64,000 nucleotides of DNA from an uncultured Acidobacteriaceae bacterium (GCA_963820175.1 CAWFYX010000008.1:99318-163317); one strand, 5' to 3'. Positions 39,620 through 50,311 are shown, counted from the first letter of the stretch. Notes: a model not told the origin generated them from the sequence alone. A program made the numbers and translations.

Positions 39620-39821
39620 ACCTACAATTGCGGATCGGCAGGGTGGCGGAACTTCGAGCTGCTTGCAGATGGCGCGGACCGTCCTTTTTGATTTCTCGGG
39701 GACGAGGAACACTGGCTATCTTGCGGCGTTGAGGGTTGATCCACACTGAATGCGCGCCACCCTCGCGAAATAGCACACAGGAATGTTGGCGCAGGTCTCG
39801 CTCAAGGTGTGCATGTTTCAT
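39567..39821 (-). CDS. hicA: HicA-like mRNA interferase toxin, C-terminus probably frameshifted at an A5 run
   Basis: LRQHSCVLFREGGAHSVWINP...ASVPRPREIKK matches the HicA pattern. The expected continuation RTVRAICKQLEVPPP lies in another frame after 39685-39689. Confidence 0.55.
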   Translation of the reverse strand: MKHAHLERDLRQHSCVLFREGGAHSVWINPQRRKIASVPRPREIKKDGPRHLQAARSSATLPIRNCRSNSSSPVPAPPRRGLRA

Positions 39822-40036
39822 GCCTGCGCCACTTCGAAGGTTTCACGAAGAGCGCCTGGCGAGAGGTTTTTCTCGGCCAATTCCCGTTGACACTCCAACA
39901 CCAGTTGGAGCGCATCGCGAAGATTTGCCTTCGCTTCTTCCAGAGTCTCACCCTGCGAAATCGCAGCTGGAATCTCTTCCACGAAGCAGATATAACCACC
40001 CTCTTGGGCCTGCTCGAATACAGCGGTAAGCTTCAC
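39818..40036 (-). CDS. hicB: HicB-family antitoxin (UPF0150-like)
   Basis: MKLTAVFEQAQEGGYICFVEEIPAAISQGETLEEAKANLRDAL; 4-bp overlap with hicA. Confidence 0.8.
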   Translation of the reverse strand: MKLTAVFEQAQEGGYICFVEEIPAAISQGETLEEAKANLRDALQLVLECQRELAEKNLSPGALRETFEVAQA

Positions 40037-40178
40037 GGGCTCAGACTATCACAATCGCGAAAGCCCCCGATGGAGCGCATTGTGCCCCAGGTTCGCCCCT
40101 CAGTTGGGCTTCTAACCTGGGTGATTGCACACGAGGCCGGTTGAGCTGACCGTTTCAAATCGCTCGTACAATAGTGCG

Positions 40179-40907
40179 ATGTTCCTCCTCGCATTCGTTC
40201 TCGCCTTCGCCCTGCAAACTCCTCCCAACGCCACTGATCAAACGGTCGATCAGACCACGACCCTGCTTCGCGCCAAAGATCAGGCACTGCTCGATGCCAT
40301 TGCGCCCGGCGATCGCAAGGTGTGGGATGACGCGCTCGCGCCCGACGCGGTTTATGTCGACGAGGCTGGCGCGGTTATGAATCGGTCGCAATTTCTCGAG
40401 CAGCTGACTCCGCTGCCTGCAGGCGCTTCCGGCAGCCTGCACATAAAGTCCTATACGGCCCACATTGTGGGAGACCTGGCTACGGTGATTCACGTCGATG
40501 ACGAACAGGAGAATTATCACGGACAGGTGCTCTCGGCCCAATATCTGACCACTGAAACCTGGCGGCGCGACGACGGCGAATGGAAGCTCTACCTGGTTCA
40601 TGCCTATGCGGTGCCCAAAGATCCTCCGGCCATCACGCTGCCCGCCAAAGAACTGGAGCAATACGTGGGCCGGTACACCGCCGCCCCTGACCTGGTCTAC
40701 GTAATTAAATGGGACGGGCAACAGCTGGTGGGCGGACGGAAAGGCGGCGCCATGAAACCGCTGGAGGTGGAAGTGCGCGATGTGCTATTTGTTCCCGGAC
40801 AACCACGCATCCGCAAGATTTTCCAGCGCGACGGTAAAGGCAAGGTGACGGGGTTCGTCGATCGGCGCGAAAGTTGGGACCTGGTGTGGAAGCGGGAGAA
40901 ATCTTAA
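40179..40907 (+). CDS. Secreted SnoaL/DUF4440-like domain protein with DUF3471-like C-terminal domain
   Basis: Signal peptide MFLLAFVLAFALQ, an NTF2-like region (ETWRRDDGEWKLYLVHAY) and a C-terminal YVGRY...LF motif. Confidence 0.6.
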   Translation: MFLLAFVLAFALQTPPNATDQTVDQTTTLLRAKDQALLDAIAPGDRKVWDDALAPDAVYVDEAGAVMNRSQFLEQLTPLPAGASGSLHIKSYTAHIVGDLATVIHVDDEQENYHGQVLSAQYLTTETWRRDDGEWKLYLVHAYAVPKDPPAITLPAKELEQYVGRYTAAPDLVYVIKWDGQQLVGGRKGGAMKPLEVEVRDVLFVPGQPRIRKIFQRDGKGKVTGFVDRRESWDLVWKREKS

Positions 40908-41023
40908 GATCAGTGCTCTAAAACGGCTAGACTGAAGGGCGCCGGCGGAGGCCGCCGTCATGGCGGTCTCTGTATATATTCACGTCTCCCGAAGTTCCAT
41001 GGTCGGCTGGAATGAAATAACCC

Positions 41024-41538
41024 TCATATTCCTGGATCTTTCTTTTTCGTCTCTGTCATGTTGACTCGATGCTGCATTGGCTGATTCTGTTGCACCTCGC
41101 GAATTTCTTCAACGTCAGCCAAGTCTCGCATACGACCGGCCGCAATTTTTGATGCTATGAGGTCCTCCTTGGAAATGAAAAATGCGGTAAGGCCGGTTGT
41201 AACATCAATTACTCCCGTGACGCGGCGGGCCCATGCCTCATCGAAATTGACCCCGTCGATTGCGGGGAGAACATCGACGGCAACCGGTTCGCGTCCAAAG
41301 CGAATGAACTTCGTCGCGTCGGTCAAGTCGTCAATCGTGAAACCTTGCAGCGGGGCGCCAAAGCTGCCGAGCGCAGCATAGATCGCGTTGGCATTTTCGG
41401 CATCAGCTTTGATGAACAGGTCGAGATCCTTGGTGGCACGATGCTGCGCGTGATAGGAAACCCGTATCCGCCGACGACGAGATACTTAACGCCGTGGGCG
41501 TTGAAGGACTTTAACAACTCTTTGAAGTCGGGGAACAT
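41024..41538 (-). pseudogene. Nucleotidyltransferase-fold protein (MFPDFKELL...HGVKYLVVGGY family), frameshifted
   Basis: The third frame restores ...YHAQHRATKDLDLFIKADAENANAIYAALGSFGAPLQGFTIDDLTDATKFIRFGREP... between the two ORF-track fragments. The junction is near 41452-41466. Confidence 0.7.
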
Positions 41539-41722
41539 CCGGGGAGGTGTCCTTCATTGCATACAAAGCAAGAGTAATTTGAGAGACCGCATCCATTCGC
41601 TCGTGTACCGGGCGGGCCTGCCAGTATCGGTACTCGTCAGCCTTCATTTCTTTGAGAGTGGCGTAAGTGCGAACGTTTGTTTCCACGCGATGAATTATGA
41701 AACGCGCGCCCCAAACATGCAA
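41486..41722 (-). CDS. Small hypothetical protein upstream of the nucleotidyltransferase gene (possible cognate partner)
   Basis: 78-aa ORF overlapping the downstream gene by 53 nt, with a ...YWQARPVHERMDAV...RLQRV pattern. Confidence 0.5.
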   Translation of the reverse strand: MHVWGARFIIHRVETNVRTYATLKEMKADEYRYWQARPVHERMDAVSQITLALYAMKDTSPDVPRLQRVVKVLQRPRR

Positions 41723-41810
41723 GTCCGTGCAAGCAAGTTCCGGGCCAACTTCGAAATTACTCTCTGTGCACGGGACTTACTTGAGGCGGAAAGCAGTAAG
41801 AAAAGCCAAG

Positions 41811-44039
41811 CTACAGCTTCTGCACCCGCTGCACGTCGCGCACGCCGGGGATCTTGCGTACTCCGGTGATAATGCGTTCCAGATGTTTGAGGTCGGCGAT
41901 ATCGGCAATGATTTCCACGGTGGCGTGATCGTCGGCGGTCTTGGCTTCGATGTTGCGGATATTGGTATTGGCGTCGCTGATGACGGTGGCAATCTGCTTT
42001 AGCATGCCGGGGCGGTTATCGCAATACACCGCCAGCTTCACCGGATAGCCCGCTTGCCAGGTGGGCGAAGCGGCATCGCGTCCCCACTCTACCGCGATGC
42101 GCCGCTCCGGTTCGAACATCAGATTCACCACATTGCTGCAGGACTTGGAGTGCACGGCCACACCCTTGCCGCGGGTGACGTAGCCTTCGATTTCCTCGCC
42201 CCGGATCGGGTTGCAACAGCGCGCCCGATACACCAGCAGATCGTCATGTCCCTTGACCTTGATGGCGGAGTTGTCGCCGCCGAAGACGCGCCGGACCACG
42301 CTGCTGAGTCCGTTCGAGCCACCGTCTTCCGGAGGCGGAGCGTGACCGGAGACGGAATGGGCTTCGTCGGGTGGAACCAACCGGGCCAGAATGCTGCGCG
42401 CGGAAAACTTGCCGTAGCCGATGGCGGCCAGCAGATCGTCGGGCTTGGCCAGACCATTCTCGCTGGAAACCCGCGTCAGTTCGGCATCGCTCAGCGACTT
42501 CATCGCAATACGATACTTGCGCGCTTCCTTCTCGATCAGCTTGCGGCCGATTTCGATAGCGCGCTCGCGCTGATGAACATTGAGCCAATGCTTGATCTTC
42601 TGCCGGGCGCGCGGCGACTTGGCAAATTGCAGCCAGTCGCGGCTGGGATGATGGCCAGGCTGAGTGATAATCTCCACGATGTCGCCGGAGCGCAGCTTGT
42701 AACGCAGAGGCACGATCCGCCCATTCACCTTCGCGCCAATACAAGTGTTTCCCACCTCGGTGTGTACGGTGTAGCCGAAGTCCACCGGGGTGGCGTCGCG
42801 CGGCAGAATCACGATCTTGCCCTTGGGCGTGAAAGTGTAAACCTCTTCGGGATAGAGATCGATTTTCAGCGTGGCCAGAAACTCGCCTGAATTCTTGATG
42901 TCGCGCTGCCACTCGACCACCTGCCGCAGCCAGGCCAACCGCTGCTCGTCGCGCGCCGAGACCGGGCCGTCTTTGTATTTCCAATGCGCGGCAATCCCTT
43001 CCTCAGCCATCTTGTGCATGTCTTCGGTGCGGATCTGCACTTCGAAGGCGTGCCCCTTTTCCGAGATGACCGTGGTGTGCAGCGACTTGTAAAAGTTGTT
43101 GCGCGGGATGGCGATGAAGTCCTTGATGCGCCCCGGCACTGGCCGCCATTGATTGTGAATGATGCCCAGCACGGCGTAGCAATCGGTTTCCGACTGCGTG
43201 ATGATGCGCAGCGCCAGCATGTCGTAGATCTGATCGACCGAGATGCGCTGCCGCTGCAGCTTTTGCCAGATGCTGTAGAAGCGCTTGATCCGGGCTTCCA
43301 CCCGCGCCTGAATTTTGTTCTCGCGCAGCTTGGTCTCGATGATCCCCTGCACCTCGGCCAGAAACGCTTCGCCCTCTTTGCGGCGCGACTCGATGGCGTC
43401 TTTGACCTGGTTGTAAGAAATGGGATCGACGTACTGGAAGGCGAGATCTTCCAGTTCGCCGCGGATCTTCCCCATGCCCAGCCGATGTGCGATAGGGGCG
43501 TAAATGTCCAGGGTCTCGCGCGCGATCTTCGTCTGCCGCTCGGGCGAGAGGAACTTCAGGGTGCGCATGTTGTGCAGACGGTCGGCCAGCTTGATGAGCA
43601 CCACCCGGATGTCGTCCATCATGGCCAGCACCATCTTGCGCACGTTCTCCGCCTGTGCTTCTTCGGACGAGGCAAAATCGATTTTGCTGATCTTGGTGAC
43701 GCCTTCGACGATGTGGGCAACCTGCTCGCCAAACTCCGCATTAATCTCGTCGATGGTGACGGAAGTGTCTTCCACCGCGTCGTGCAGCAAGCCGGCGGTG
43801 ATGGCCGTGGTGTCGAGGCGCATCTCGGCCAGCAGCATGGCTACTTGCAGCGGATGCACCAGGTAGGGCTCGCCCGACTCGCGAGCCTGACCTTTGTGAT
43901 GTTGGAGGGAGAATTCGTAGGCCTTTTTGATAAGAGCCTGATCGTCGTCGGGACGGTAGGAACGAACCTGACGCAGGAGATCGCGAAAACGCGTAACCGT
44001 CAGAACATTGGTCGCGATCTGTTGGCGCAAAGTCGCCAT
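41811..44039 (-). CDS. relA: Bifunctional (p)ppGpp synthetase/hydrolase (RelA/SpoT homologue)
   Basis: HD hydrolase motif (HDAVEDT), a synthetase domain, and TGS and ACT regions; 742 aa. Confidence 0.95.
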   Translation of the reverse strand: MATLRQQIATNVLTVTRFRDLLRQVRSYRPDDDQALIKKAYEFSLQHHKGQARESGEPYLVHPLQVAMLLAEMRLDTTAITAGLLHDAVEDTSVTIDEINAEFGEQVAHIVEGVTKISKIDFASSEEAQAENVRKMVLAMMDDIRVVLIKLADRLHNMRTLKFLSPERQTKIARETLDIYAPIAHRLGMGKIRGELEDLAFQYVDPISYNQVKDAIESRRKEGEAFLAEVQGIIETKLRENKIQARVEARIKRFYSIWQKLQRQRISVDQIYDMLALRIITQSETDCYAVLGIIHNQWRPVPGRIKDFIAIPRNNFYKSLHTTVISEKGHAFEVQIRTEDMHKMAEEGIAAHWKYKDGPVSARDEQRLAWLRQVVEWQRDIKNSGEFLATLKIDLYPEEVYTFTPKGKIVILPRDATPVDFGYTVHTEVGNTCIGAKVNGRIVPLRYKLRSGDIVEIITQPGHHPSRDWLQFAKSPRARQKIKHWLNVHQRERAIEIGRKLIEKEARKYRIAMKSLSDAELTRVSSENGLAKPDDLLAAIGYGKFSARSILARLVPPDEAHSVSGHAPPPEDGGSNGLSSVVRRVFGGDNSAIKVKGHDDLLVYRARCCNPIRGEEIEGYVTRGKGVAVHSKSCSNVVNLMFEPERRIAVEWGRDAASPTWQAGYPVKLAVYCDNRPGMLKQIATVISDANTNIRNIEAKTADDHATVEIIADIADLKHLERIITGVRKIPGVRDVQRVQKL

Positions 44040-44141
44040 GTCCGATTATACGACGAAGAGAGCCTCGGCTTTCAGCAGCGGCGCTTCGCGAAAGTGCAGA
44101 AGGTGTGCTACACCTGTCATCGTCTGTTCTGAAAGCGAAGC

Positions 44142-45038
44142 ATGCGAGTACTGATCAGCGGAGCATCGGGCCTGTTGGGGAGTGCACTGACACGCGCACT
44201 GCAGGCTGCGGGCCACAAAACGGTTGCGCTGGTGCGTCGTGCCCCAGGTGCAGGTGAGGTGCAATGGGACCCGAACCAGCCGCTCGATCCTGCAAAACTC
44301 GCCGACTGCGATGCGCTGGTGCATCTGGCGGGCAAGAATATCGCGGGCCGGTGGACCCAGCAGTTCAAGCGCGAGGTGTTGCACAGCCGTGTGCGCAGCA
44401 CGCAGACGCTGGCGGCAGCGGTTGCCGAGAGCTATCGCCAGACTGGTCAGCCGCGAGTTTTTCTCTGCGCCTCCGGCGCCGGCTACTACGGGAGTCGCGG
44501 CGATGAGGTGCTGACCGAAGACAGCTCTGCGGGCCAAGGTTTTCTAGCGGAAGTCTGCCGGCAATGGGAAGCGGCCACGGCAGCGGCGAGCGAGGCGGGC
44601 GTGCGGGTGGTGAAGCTGCGCACCGGAGTGGTGCTGGCGCGCGATGGCGGAGCGCTCAAGCCGATGCTGCTGCCTTTTCAACTGGGACTGGGCGGCCGCG
44701 TGGGCAGCGGCCAACAGTATTGGAGCTGGATCTCACTCGACGACGAAATCGGCGCCATGCTATTCATCTTGCAGAATGCCAGCCTGCGCGGACCGGTAAA
44801 CGCGGTCGGGCCCGCTCCAGTACGCAATGAGGAGTTTGTACGCGCTTTGGGCAAAGTGTTACATCGTCCCGCGATCTTCCCCCTGCCGGAGTGGGTGGTG
44901 AGAACCCTGCTGGGAGAGATGGGACAGGAACTGCTTCTGACCTCGGCGCGGGTGATACCGGCGAAACTCAACGCGGCTGGATATCGCTTTGCCCATTCCG
45001 AGCTTGAGGAGGCGTTGCGAGCCGCGTTGCATAACTGA
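44142..45038 (+). CDS. TIGR01777-family (YfcH-like) SDR epimerase with DUF1731 C-terminus
   Basis: MRVLISGASGLLGSAL Rossmann start and a length and C-terminal pattern typical of YfcH. Confidence 0.8.
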   Translation: MRVLISGASGLLGSALTRALQAAGHKTVALVRRAPGAGEVQWDPNQPLDPAKLADCDALVHLAGKNIAGRWTQQFKREVLHSRVRSTQTLAAAVAESYRQTGQPRVFLCASGAGYYGSRGDEVLTEDSSAGQGFLAEVCRQWEAATAAASEAGVRVVKLRTGVVLARDGGALKPMLLPFQLGLGGRVGSGQQYWSWISLDDEIGAMLFILQNASLRGPVNAVGPAPVRNEEFVRALGKVLHRPAIFPLPEWVVRTLLGEMGQELLLTSARVIPAKLNAAGYRFAHSELEEALRAALHN

Positions 45039-45096
45039 GCTGAAAGAGGTTTCGCAGCGCTCAACGGGAAAAGCGGGCGTGGAAAGCGAGAACGCT

Positions 45097-45492
45097 ATGG
45101 ATAAGCCAAAATCGCAGTTCGACTGGGTGAGTGCTAGAGACGCCTGCTCGACGCGAGCAGTTTTCGAGGCCTTGAAACAAGGCGCAGCCGACGATGTTAA
45201 GACCATCAATTCGCTGCGGGGTAAATCTTTATTCGCTATCCAGTCGAATTCTTCCGGGGACTTGTTTTCCGTGGTCCGGCAGGAAGACAGCGCTCAAAGG
45301 GCAGTAAATTTCTCCGTGGCCGATACTGAAATCGCCATCAAGCCCAGCAGTGGAAGCAGTTTCCGAGTAACTCTCGCGCTCAACGAGAGTGGCGAGTGCA
45401 AGGTAAAAATAAAGGGCAGAGACGAAGAACTGGAGCACTGGCAGGTTCTGAGGATCGCTTTAGAGGATCTGTTCTTCGACTCGCAGTCTTAG
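45097..45492 (+). CDS. Hypothetical protein
   Basis: 131-aa ORF from ATG 45097; visibly A/T-richer than its neighbours; no family recognised. Confidence 0.55.
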   Translation: MDKPKSQFDWVSARDACSTRAVFEALKQGAADDVKTINSLRGKSLFAIQSNSSGDLFSVVRQEDSAQRAVNFSVADTEIAIKPSSGSSFRVTLALNESGECKVKIKGRDEELEHWQVLRIALEDLFFDSQS

Positions 45493-45570
45493 TTTTCATC
45501 CTTTACGTTTCTTACCTGACTGCCGCCGAGATTGTGGTTCCGTTTTCTGCGAGCCCAGGCCGAAGCCGCT

Positions 45571-45999
45571 TTAGGCCGTACCCGCCAGCGCTGCCCGCAC
45601 TAAACCTATCCCCAGCGTTAGCACCGAGATCGCAAGTACGATCGCACCCGCATAGATGAACGCAACCGAGCCGTTAGGTTGCGTCGCCGTGGGCGATGTC
45701 ATGGACAGGAAGAATCCCAGGGGCATCAGAATCGCGGCCAGCGGCACGCCGATTCGAACCATCCAGATCACCGAATCGGGCAGCGTGGCTGAGTCCGCCA
45801 GCACCTGGCAGATAAGGGAAAGAATCACGATCACTCCCGCATGGGCGTGTCCGGCGCGAAAAAAATTCTGCCGCAGCGGGTTCTCCATATAGCCGGAGCT
45901 CTTGTTCATCAGCGAAGTCAGCAGGAAGTATCCGCCGTACTGAATCGTGGGCACGGTAATGAGAATGATTCCCGACATGAGCTTGGCATCGCGTGTCAT
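45571..45999 (-). CDS. Hypothetical integral membrane protein
   Basis: 142 aa with four hydrophobic helices. Confidence 0.6.
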   Translation of the reverse strand: MTRDAKLMSGIILITVPTIQYGGYFLLTSLMNKSSGYMENPLRQNFFRAGHAHAGVIVILSLICQVLADSATLPDSVIWMVRIGVPLAAILMPLGFFLSMTSPTATQPNGSVAFIYAGAIVLAISVLTLGIGLVRAALAGTA

Positions 46000-46161
46000 G
46001 GCATTCCACCTCGGAAGAAATCCTGCCTAGTAGATGTCTACCTCGAAACGGCGATGCCGGGAAAAGCCCTGTGCTCAAAATTCAATCCAATCTTGTCCAA
46101 AACCCGTACTACAATGCGACGGCCCGGAGAAGGGCTCGTCCTTGGGGTGAGGAGGATGACG

Positions 46162-46857
46162 ATGGGACCCACGCGACGTGAAGTGTTCCTGACCGGTGGC
46201 ACGGGATACATGGGCAGCGCCCTGGCGAAAGAGTTGCTGCGCCGGGGACACCGGGTGCGTGCGCTGGTGCGGCCGGGCTCGGAGGCCAAAGCGCCGCCCG
46301 GCTGCGAGCTGGTGCATGGCGATGCTCTATCCGCAGATAGCTACGCGTCGCAGGTCGCGCCCGCCGACACGTTCGTTCATCTGGTTGGAGTCGCGCATCC
46401 CAGTCCCAGCAAGGCTACCGAGTTTCGCGCCGTCGATCTGAAGTCTTGCCAGGAGGCGGTGCGGGCCGCCGCCCAAGCGCGGGTGCGGCACTTCATCTAT
46501 CTCAGCGTGGCGCGGCCGGCGCCGATCATGCAGGAGTATCAGGCGGCGCGCGCCGAAGGCGAGCGGCTCATTCGGACGCATGGCCTGGCGGCGACCTTCG
46601 TGCGTCCCTGGTATGTGCTGGGGCGCGGACACCGCTGGCCGCTAGTTCTGATCCCGTTCTACGCTCTGGCGCGGCTTTATCCGCCGACGCGCGAAGGCGC
46701 GGACCGACTGGCTCTGGTGACTCTGGAGCAGATGACACACACATTGGCGTGGGCGGTGGAAAATCCAGCTGAGGACGTGCAGATTCTAGAGCCGCCGCAG
46801 ATCAAGCGCGGATTCGGCGAGCCGACGATGGTTAGTCGCAGGGCAGCCTCGGCCTAA
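46162..46857 (+). CDS. NAD(P)H-binding (NmrA/atypical SDR-like) protein
   Basis: VFLTGGTGYMGSAL glycine-rich motif. GAGGAGG RBS upstream of ATG 46156 and ATG 46162. Confidence 0.8.
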   Translation: MGPTRREVFLTGGTGYMGSALAKELLRRGHRVRALVRPGSEAKAPPGCELVHGDALSADSYASQVAPADTFVHLVGVAHPSPSKATEFRAVDLKSCQEAVRAAAQARVRHFIYLSVARPAPIMQEYQAARAEGERLIRTHGLAATFVRPWYVLGRGHRWPLVLIPFYALARLYPPTREGADRLALVTLEQMTHTLAWAVENPAEDVQILEPPQIKRGFGEPTMVSRRAASA

Positions 46858-46858
46858 G

Positions 46859-47494
46859 CTACGGTTTCACGGCCCGGATCTTCACCAGCGTTCCATCGGG
46901 CAGCGGATTGCCCATGAATTGCACTACGCCGTCGCGTACCACGCCGTTAACTTCGGGCACAACCGAGGCTACGCCGCCGACGTCGGTGGCGCTCACCGCA
47001 GGCGCTTTCTTGGCGATGCCGCGATCCATCGCGAGATTAGCCAGCCGGTCGGCCTCGCGGTTCTTCTCGCGCAGCACATGCTTTATCTCGAAGTAATCGA
47101 GTTGGTCGATCAGCTTCATTGCCCGGCTGTGCAACTCCTTCAATGTGGGACTACTGACCTTGTACTCGCCGTTGATCTGTTTCACCATCAGCTCGGAATC
47201 GCTGATCACGCGTAACGCCTTGAAGCCGTGCCGAATTGCGTAGTTCAGCGACGACAGCAGGCCGGAATATTCAGCATAGTTGTTGGTCTGATGGCCCAGG
47301 AACTCACTGAGCTCGGCAATCGGGCGGCCGATTTCGTCCTCGACCACCACACCGTATCCAGCGGGGCCGGGATTGCCGCGGGCACCGCCATCGATGTAAG
47401 CGACCAGGTAACCTTGCTCCAGACTGGTGATGGGCGCGCCGATAAATTCTTGCGAGCGATAACGGGATTTTGCGGGGAAGGGACGTAAAGCCAT
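46859..47494 (-). CDS. rnhA: Ribonuclease HI-family protein with C-terminal extension
   Basis: YIDGGARGNPGPAGYGVV...NNYAEYSGL...SDSELMVKQ...REKNREADRLAN catalytic DEDD pattern. Confidence 0.85.
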   Translation of the reverse strand: MALRPFPAKSRYRSQEFIGAPITSLEQGYLVAYIDGGARGNPGPAGYGVVVEDEIGRPIAELSEFLGHQTNNYAEYSGLLSSLNYAIRHGFKALRVISDSELMVKQINGEYKVSSPTLKELHSRAMKLIDQLDYFEIKHVLREKNREADRLANLAMDRGIAKKAPAVSATDVGGVASVVPEVNGVVRDGVVQFMGNPLPDGTLVKIRAVKP

Positions 47495-47630
47495 GACGTG
47501 TAGTTTACCCCCAAACGGTTTGATGCGGAGAGGCTGCGCGAGGTAACGAATAGGGTGGAAGTATGTCCTCAAGAAACCGTGGAAGGGCACGGCTTTACAG
47601 GCTGCTGAAAAGCTCGAACTCGCACGCTTT

Positions 47631-47860
47631 CGAAGGGGCGTACCTTTAGGTACGCCGCAGAAACGCCTTTGTTTTTGTCATCACGAGCGGGCTTCAGCCC
47701 GCGAGGGATCTGCTTTTCCGACTTTTTCAGCAGCCTGTTTAGCCGTGCCGAGAGAGTGCAATCTCAAGTGGCTTTAGCCCCGGCTACCGTGGCTGAAGCC
47801 ACTTCTGATGGCGTCCGATTTCGCCGGGCTTAAAGCCCGGCGCTTTCACCGCCAGCGCGG
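47631..47860. repeat. Cluster of REP-like repeats (family A copy followed by family C hairpins)
   Basis: GGGGCGTACC..GGTACGCC; TTTTTGTCATCACGAGCGGGCTTCAGCCCGCGAGGGATCTGC; TTTAGCCGTGCCGA..GGCTTTAGCCCCGGCTACCGTGGCTGAAGCCAC..CCGGGCTTAAAGCCCGG. Confidence 0.7.
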
Positions 47861-47969
47861 ACGTTTCCTTTGCCGTTCTCAATAGCCGTGGCGTGCTACC
47901 GCGCTCACCGCGCCAATCCGCACTCGTGATATAAACTTTCTCCCATCACACTTTCTCGTCGGAGCTGCC

Positions 47970-50267
47970 GTGAAAGCACGTTTCGCTGCGTTCGTCGTCT
48001 TCGCCTTGTCCGCAACTCTTCTCATCGCGCAAGCCAATCCCCCCGCGGCGCCCGCGCCGCAAGGCCAGAAAGAGCTAACCATCGAAGACATCTTCAAGCC
48101 GGGCGGCATCCTGGGCCGCGGGCCGGAAGACATGAAATGGAGTCCGGACGGCACCAAGGTTTCCTTCGTGCAGCGCGACGATAGCGGCGAACACGGCGAG
48201 CTATATTACGTCGACGTGTCCACCGGCAAGTCGGCCGTGCTGGTAGCCAGCGGCAAGCTGGCGGCACTGGCTCCGCCTGCCAGCGCCATTAAGGATGAGC
48301 GCAAGAAGGAAGCGGCGACGCGCTATTCGATCGCGGCCTATCAATGGTCGCCCGACTCCAAGAAGCTGCTATTCGATTCGATGGGCCAGCTGTGGCTCTA
48401 CTCTCTGGAAACGGGGACAGGCGTTCAGGTCACTTCCAGCCTCGATGAAAGCGTCGATCCCAAGTTTTCTCCCGACGGAGGGCGCGTCTGCTACATCCGC
48501 AAACACAACCTCTACGTGCAGCCGTTGGCTGGGGGCGCCGAGCGCGAGCTGACCAAAGATGGCAACGATAACTTGCTGAATGGGGAAGTCGACTGGGTCT
48601 ACGAAGAGGAGCTGTACTCGCGTAGCAACTACTTTTGGTCGCCCGACGGCAAGGAGATTGTGTTTCTGCAGATGAACGAGAAAGATGTACCCACCTACCC
48701 CATCACCGACTGGATTCCGACCCACGCCACGGTCGATCAGGAGAAATATCCCCAGCCCGGCGATCCCAATCCCGACGTGCGACTGGGGGTAGTGAATGCG
48801 AATGGGGGCAAGCTTAAGTGGATCACGGTCAACAGCGGCAAGACCGGCTCGCTTCCCCTGGGCAACGATCCCGACGTGCTGATTCCACGCTTTGGCTGGG
48901 TGCACGCTGGGCTGTTGTGGGCGATGGTGCTCAACCGGGTACAAAACCGGCTCGATCTGTATTTCGTCGATGTCAACAGCGGCAACTCACAGCTCATGAT
49001 GACCGAGTCGACCGATGCCTGGATCGACATGCATCCCGAAGTCGATTTCAAGCTGCTGAATTCCGGCGAGACGTACTTGTGGACGAGCTGGCGCGACGGC
49101 CATAACCACCTCTATCTGTATCGCTACGACAAGCAAAATCCACTGCGCACCCAGGCTCAAGTCGCAGCCCAGCTCACGCAAGGTGACTGGGAAGTCGAGA
49201 GCATCGATGGGGTGGATGAGCAGCAGGGCATCGTGTACTTCTCGGCCAATGAGGGTGACTGGCGGCAGCGCAACGAATTCGCCGTCGGCCTGGATGGCAA
49301 AAACATCCATCGCGTCTCGAAAGAGGATGGCTTCCACGAGACGGACTTCGATCCCAAGAACACCAAGTATTATGTGGACAATTTTTCGGCGCTGACCGTT
49401 CCTCCGCGAGCTTCGCTCTGCACCATCATGGGAGATTGCATCGCTTTCTGGGAGCCGCACGGCGCCCAAACCTACAACCTGCTGACCCCGAAGTTTGTCG
49501 ACTTCAAAGCGGCCGACGGAACCACAACCTTGCAGGGAACGATTCTGCTGCCGCCGCCGGGAGGGCCCATGATCGCCAACGGCAAAGCGCCGCTGATCGT
49601 GAACCCCTACGGTGGCCCGGGAGTGCAGAGCGTGGTCGATGCCTGGAATGGTTTCGATCTCTTCGACCAGATTCTGGCGCGGCAGGGCTTCGCGGTTCTG
49701 CATGTCGACAATCGCGGCATGGCGAATCGCGGCAAAGCCTTCGCGCTGCCCATCAAGCATAACTTCGGTCCGGTTGAGTTGAGCGATCAGCTAGCCTCGG
49801 TGAAGCAGGCGCTGGAACAGTTTCCCCAACTCGACGGCAATCGCATCGGCTTCTGGGGCTGGAGTTACGGCGGATACTTCACGCTTTACGCGCTGGAGAA
49901 CTCCGACATCTTCAAAGGCGGTGTTTCGGTGGCCCCGGTTACCGACTGGCACAACTACGATTCCATCTACACCGAACGTTACATGGGTCTTCCCAAGGAC
50001 AACATAGACGGCTATAGGAACAGTTCGCCGGTCAACTTCGCCACCAAGTTGCATGGCAGTCTGCTGGAGGTGCATGGCACCAGCGACGACAATGTGCACA
50101 TGCAGAACACCATTCAGATGATCAACCAGTTCATCGAGACGGGTAAGCAGTTTCGGTTGATGCTCTATCCGGGCAAGACCCACGGCATCGCCGGATTTGC
50201 CGCACGCACCCATCTGTTCCACATGATCGACGACCACTTCCTGGAAATATTGGCGCCCGGGAAGTGA
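47970..50267 (+). CDS. S9-family dipeptidyl-peptidase IV-like serine peptidase
   Basis: Signal peptide, DPP-IV N-terminal propeller region, and a GWSYGGY nucleophile elbow with downstream D and H. Confidence 0.9.
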   Translation: MKARFAAFVVFALSATLLIAQANPPAAPAPQGQKELTIEDIFKPGGILGRGPEDMKWSPDGTKVSFVQRDDSGEHGELYYVDVSTGKSAVLVASGKLAALAPPASAIKDERKKEAATRYSIAAYQWSPDSKKLLFDSMGQLWLYSLETGTGVQVTSSLDESVDPKFSPDGGRVCYIRKHNLYVQPLAGGAERELTKDGNDNLLNGEVDWVYEEELYSRSNYFWSPDGKEIVFLQMNEKDVPTYPITDWIPTHATVDQEKYPQPGDPNPDVRLGVVNANGGKLKWITVNSGKTGSLPLGNDPDVLIPRFGWVHAGLLWAMVLNRVQNRLDLYFVDVNSGNSQLMMTESTDAWIDMHPEVDFKLLNSGETYLWTSWRDGHNHLYLYRYDKQNPLRTQAQVAAQLTQGDWEVESIDGVDEQQGIVYFSANEGDWRQRNEFAVGLDGKNIHRVSKEDGFHETDFDPKNTKYYVDNFSALTVPPRASLCTIMGDCIAFWEPHGAQTYNLLTPKFVDFKAADGTTTLQGTILLPPPGGPMIANGKAPLIVNPYGGPGVQSVVDAWNGFDLFDQILARQGFAVLHVDNRGMANRGKAFALPIKHNFGPVELSDQLASVKQALEQFPQLDGNRIGFWGWSYGGYFTLYALENSDIFKGGVSVAPVTDWHNYDSIYTERYMGLPKDNIDGYRNSSPVNFATKLHGSLLEVHGTSDDNVHMQNTIQMINQFIETGKQFRLMLYPGKTHGIAGFAARTHLFHMIDDHFLEILAPGK

Positions 50268-50272
50268 AGGGC

Positions 50273-50311
50273 ATTCACCACGGAGACACGGAGAGCACGG
50301 AGACACGGAAG
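50273..50311. repeat. Repeat family E (ATTCACCACGGAGACACGGAGAGCACGGAGACACGGAAG)
   Basis: Internal CACGGAGA iterations. Related copies at 21663-21695 and 51082-51106. Confidence 0.55.
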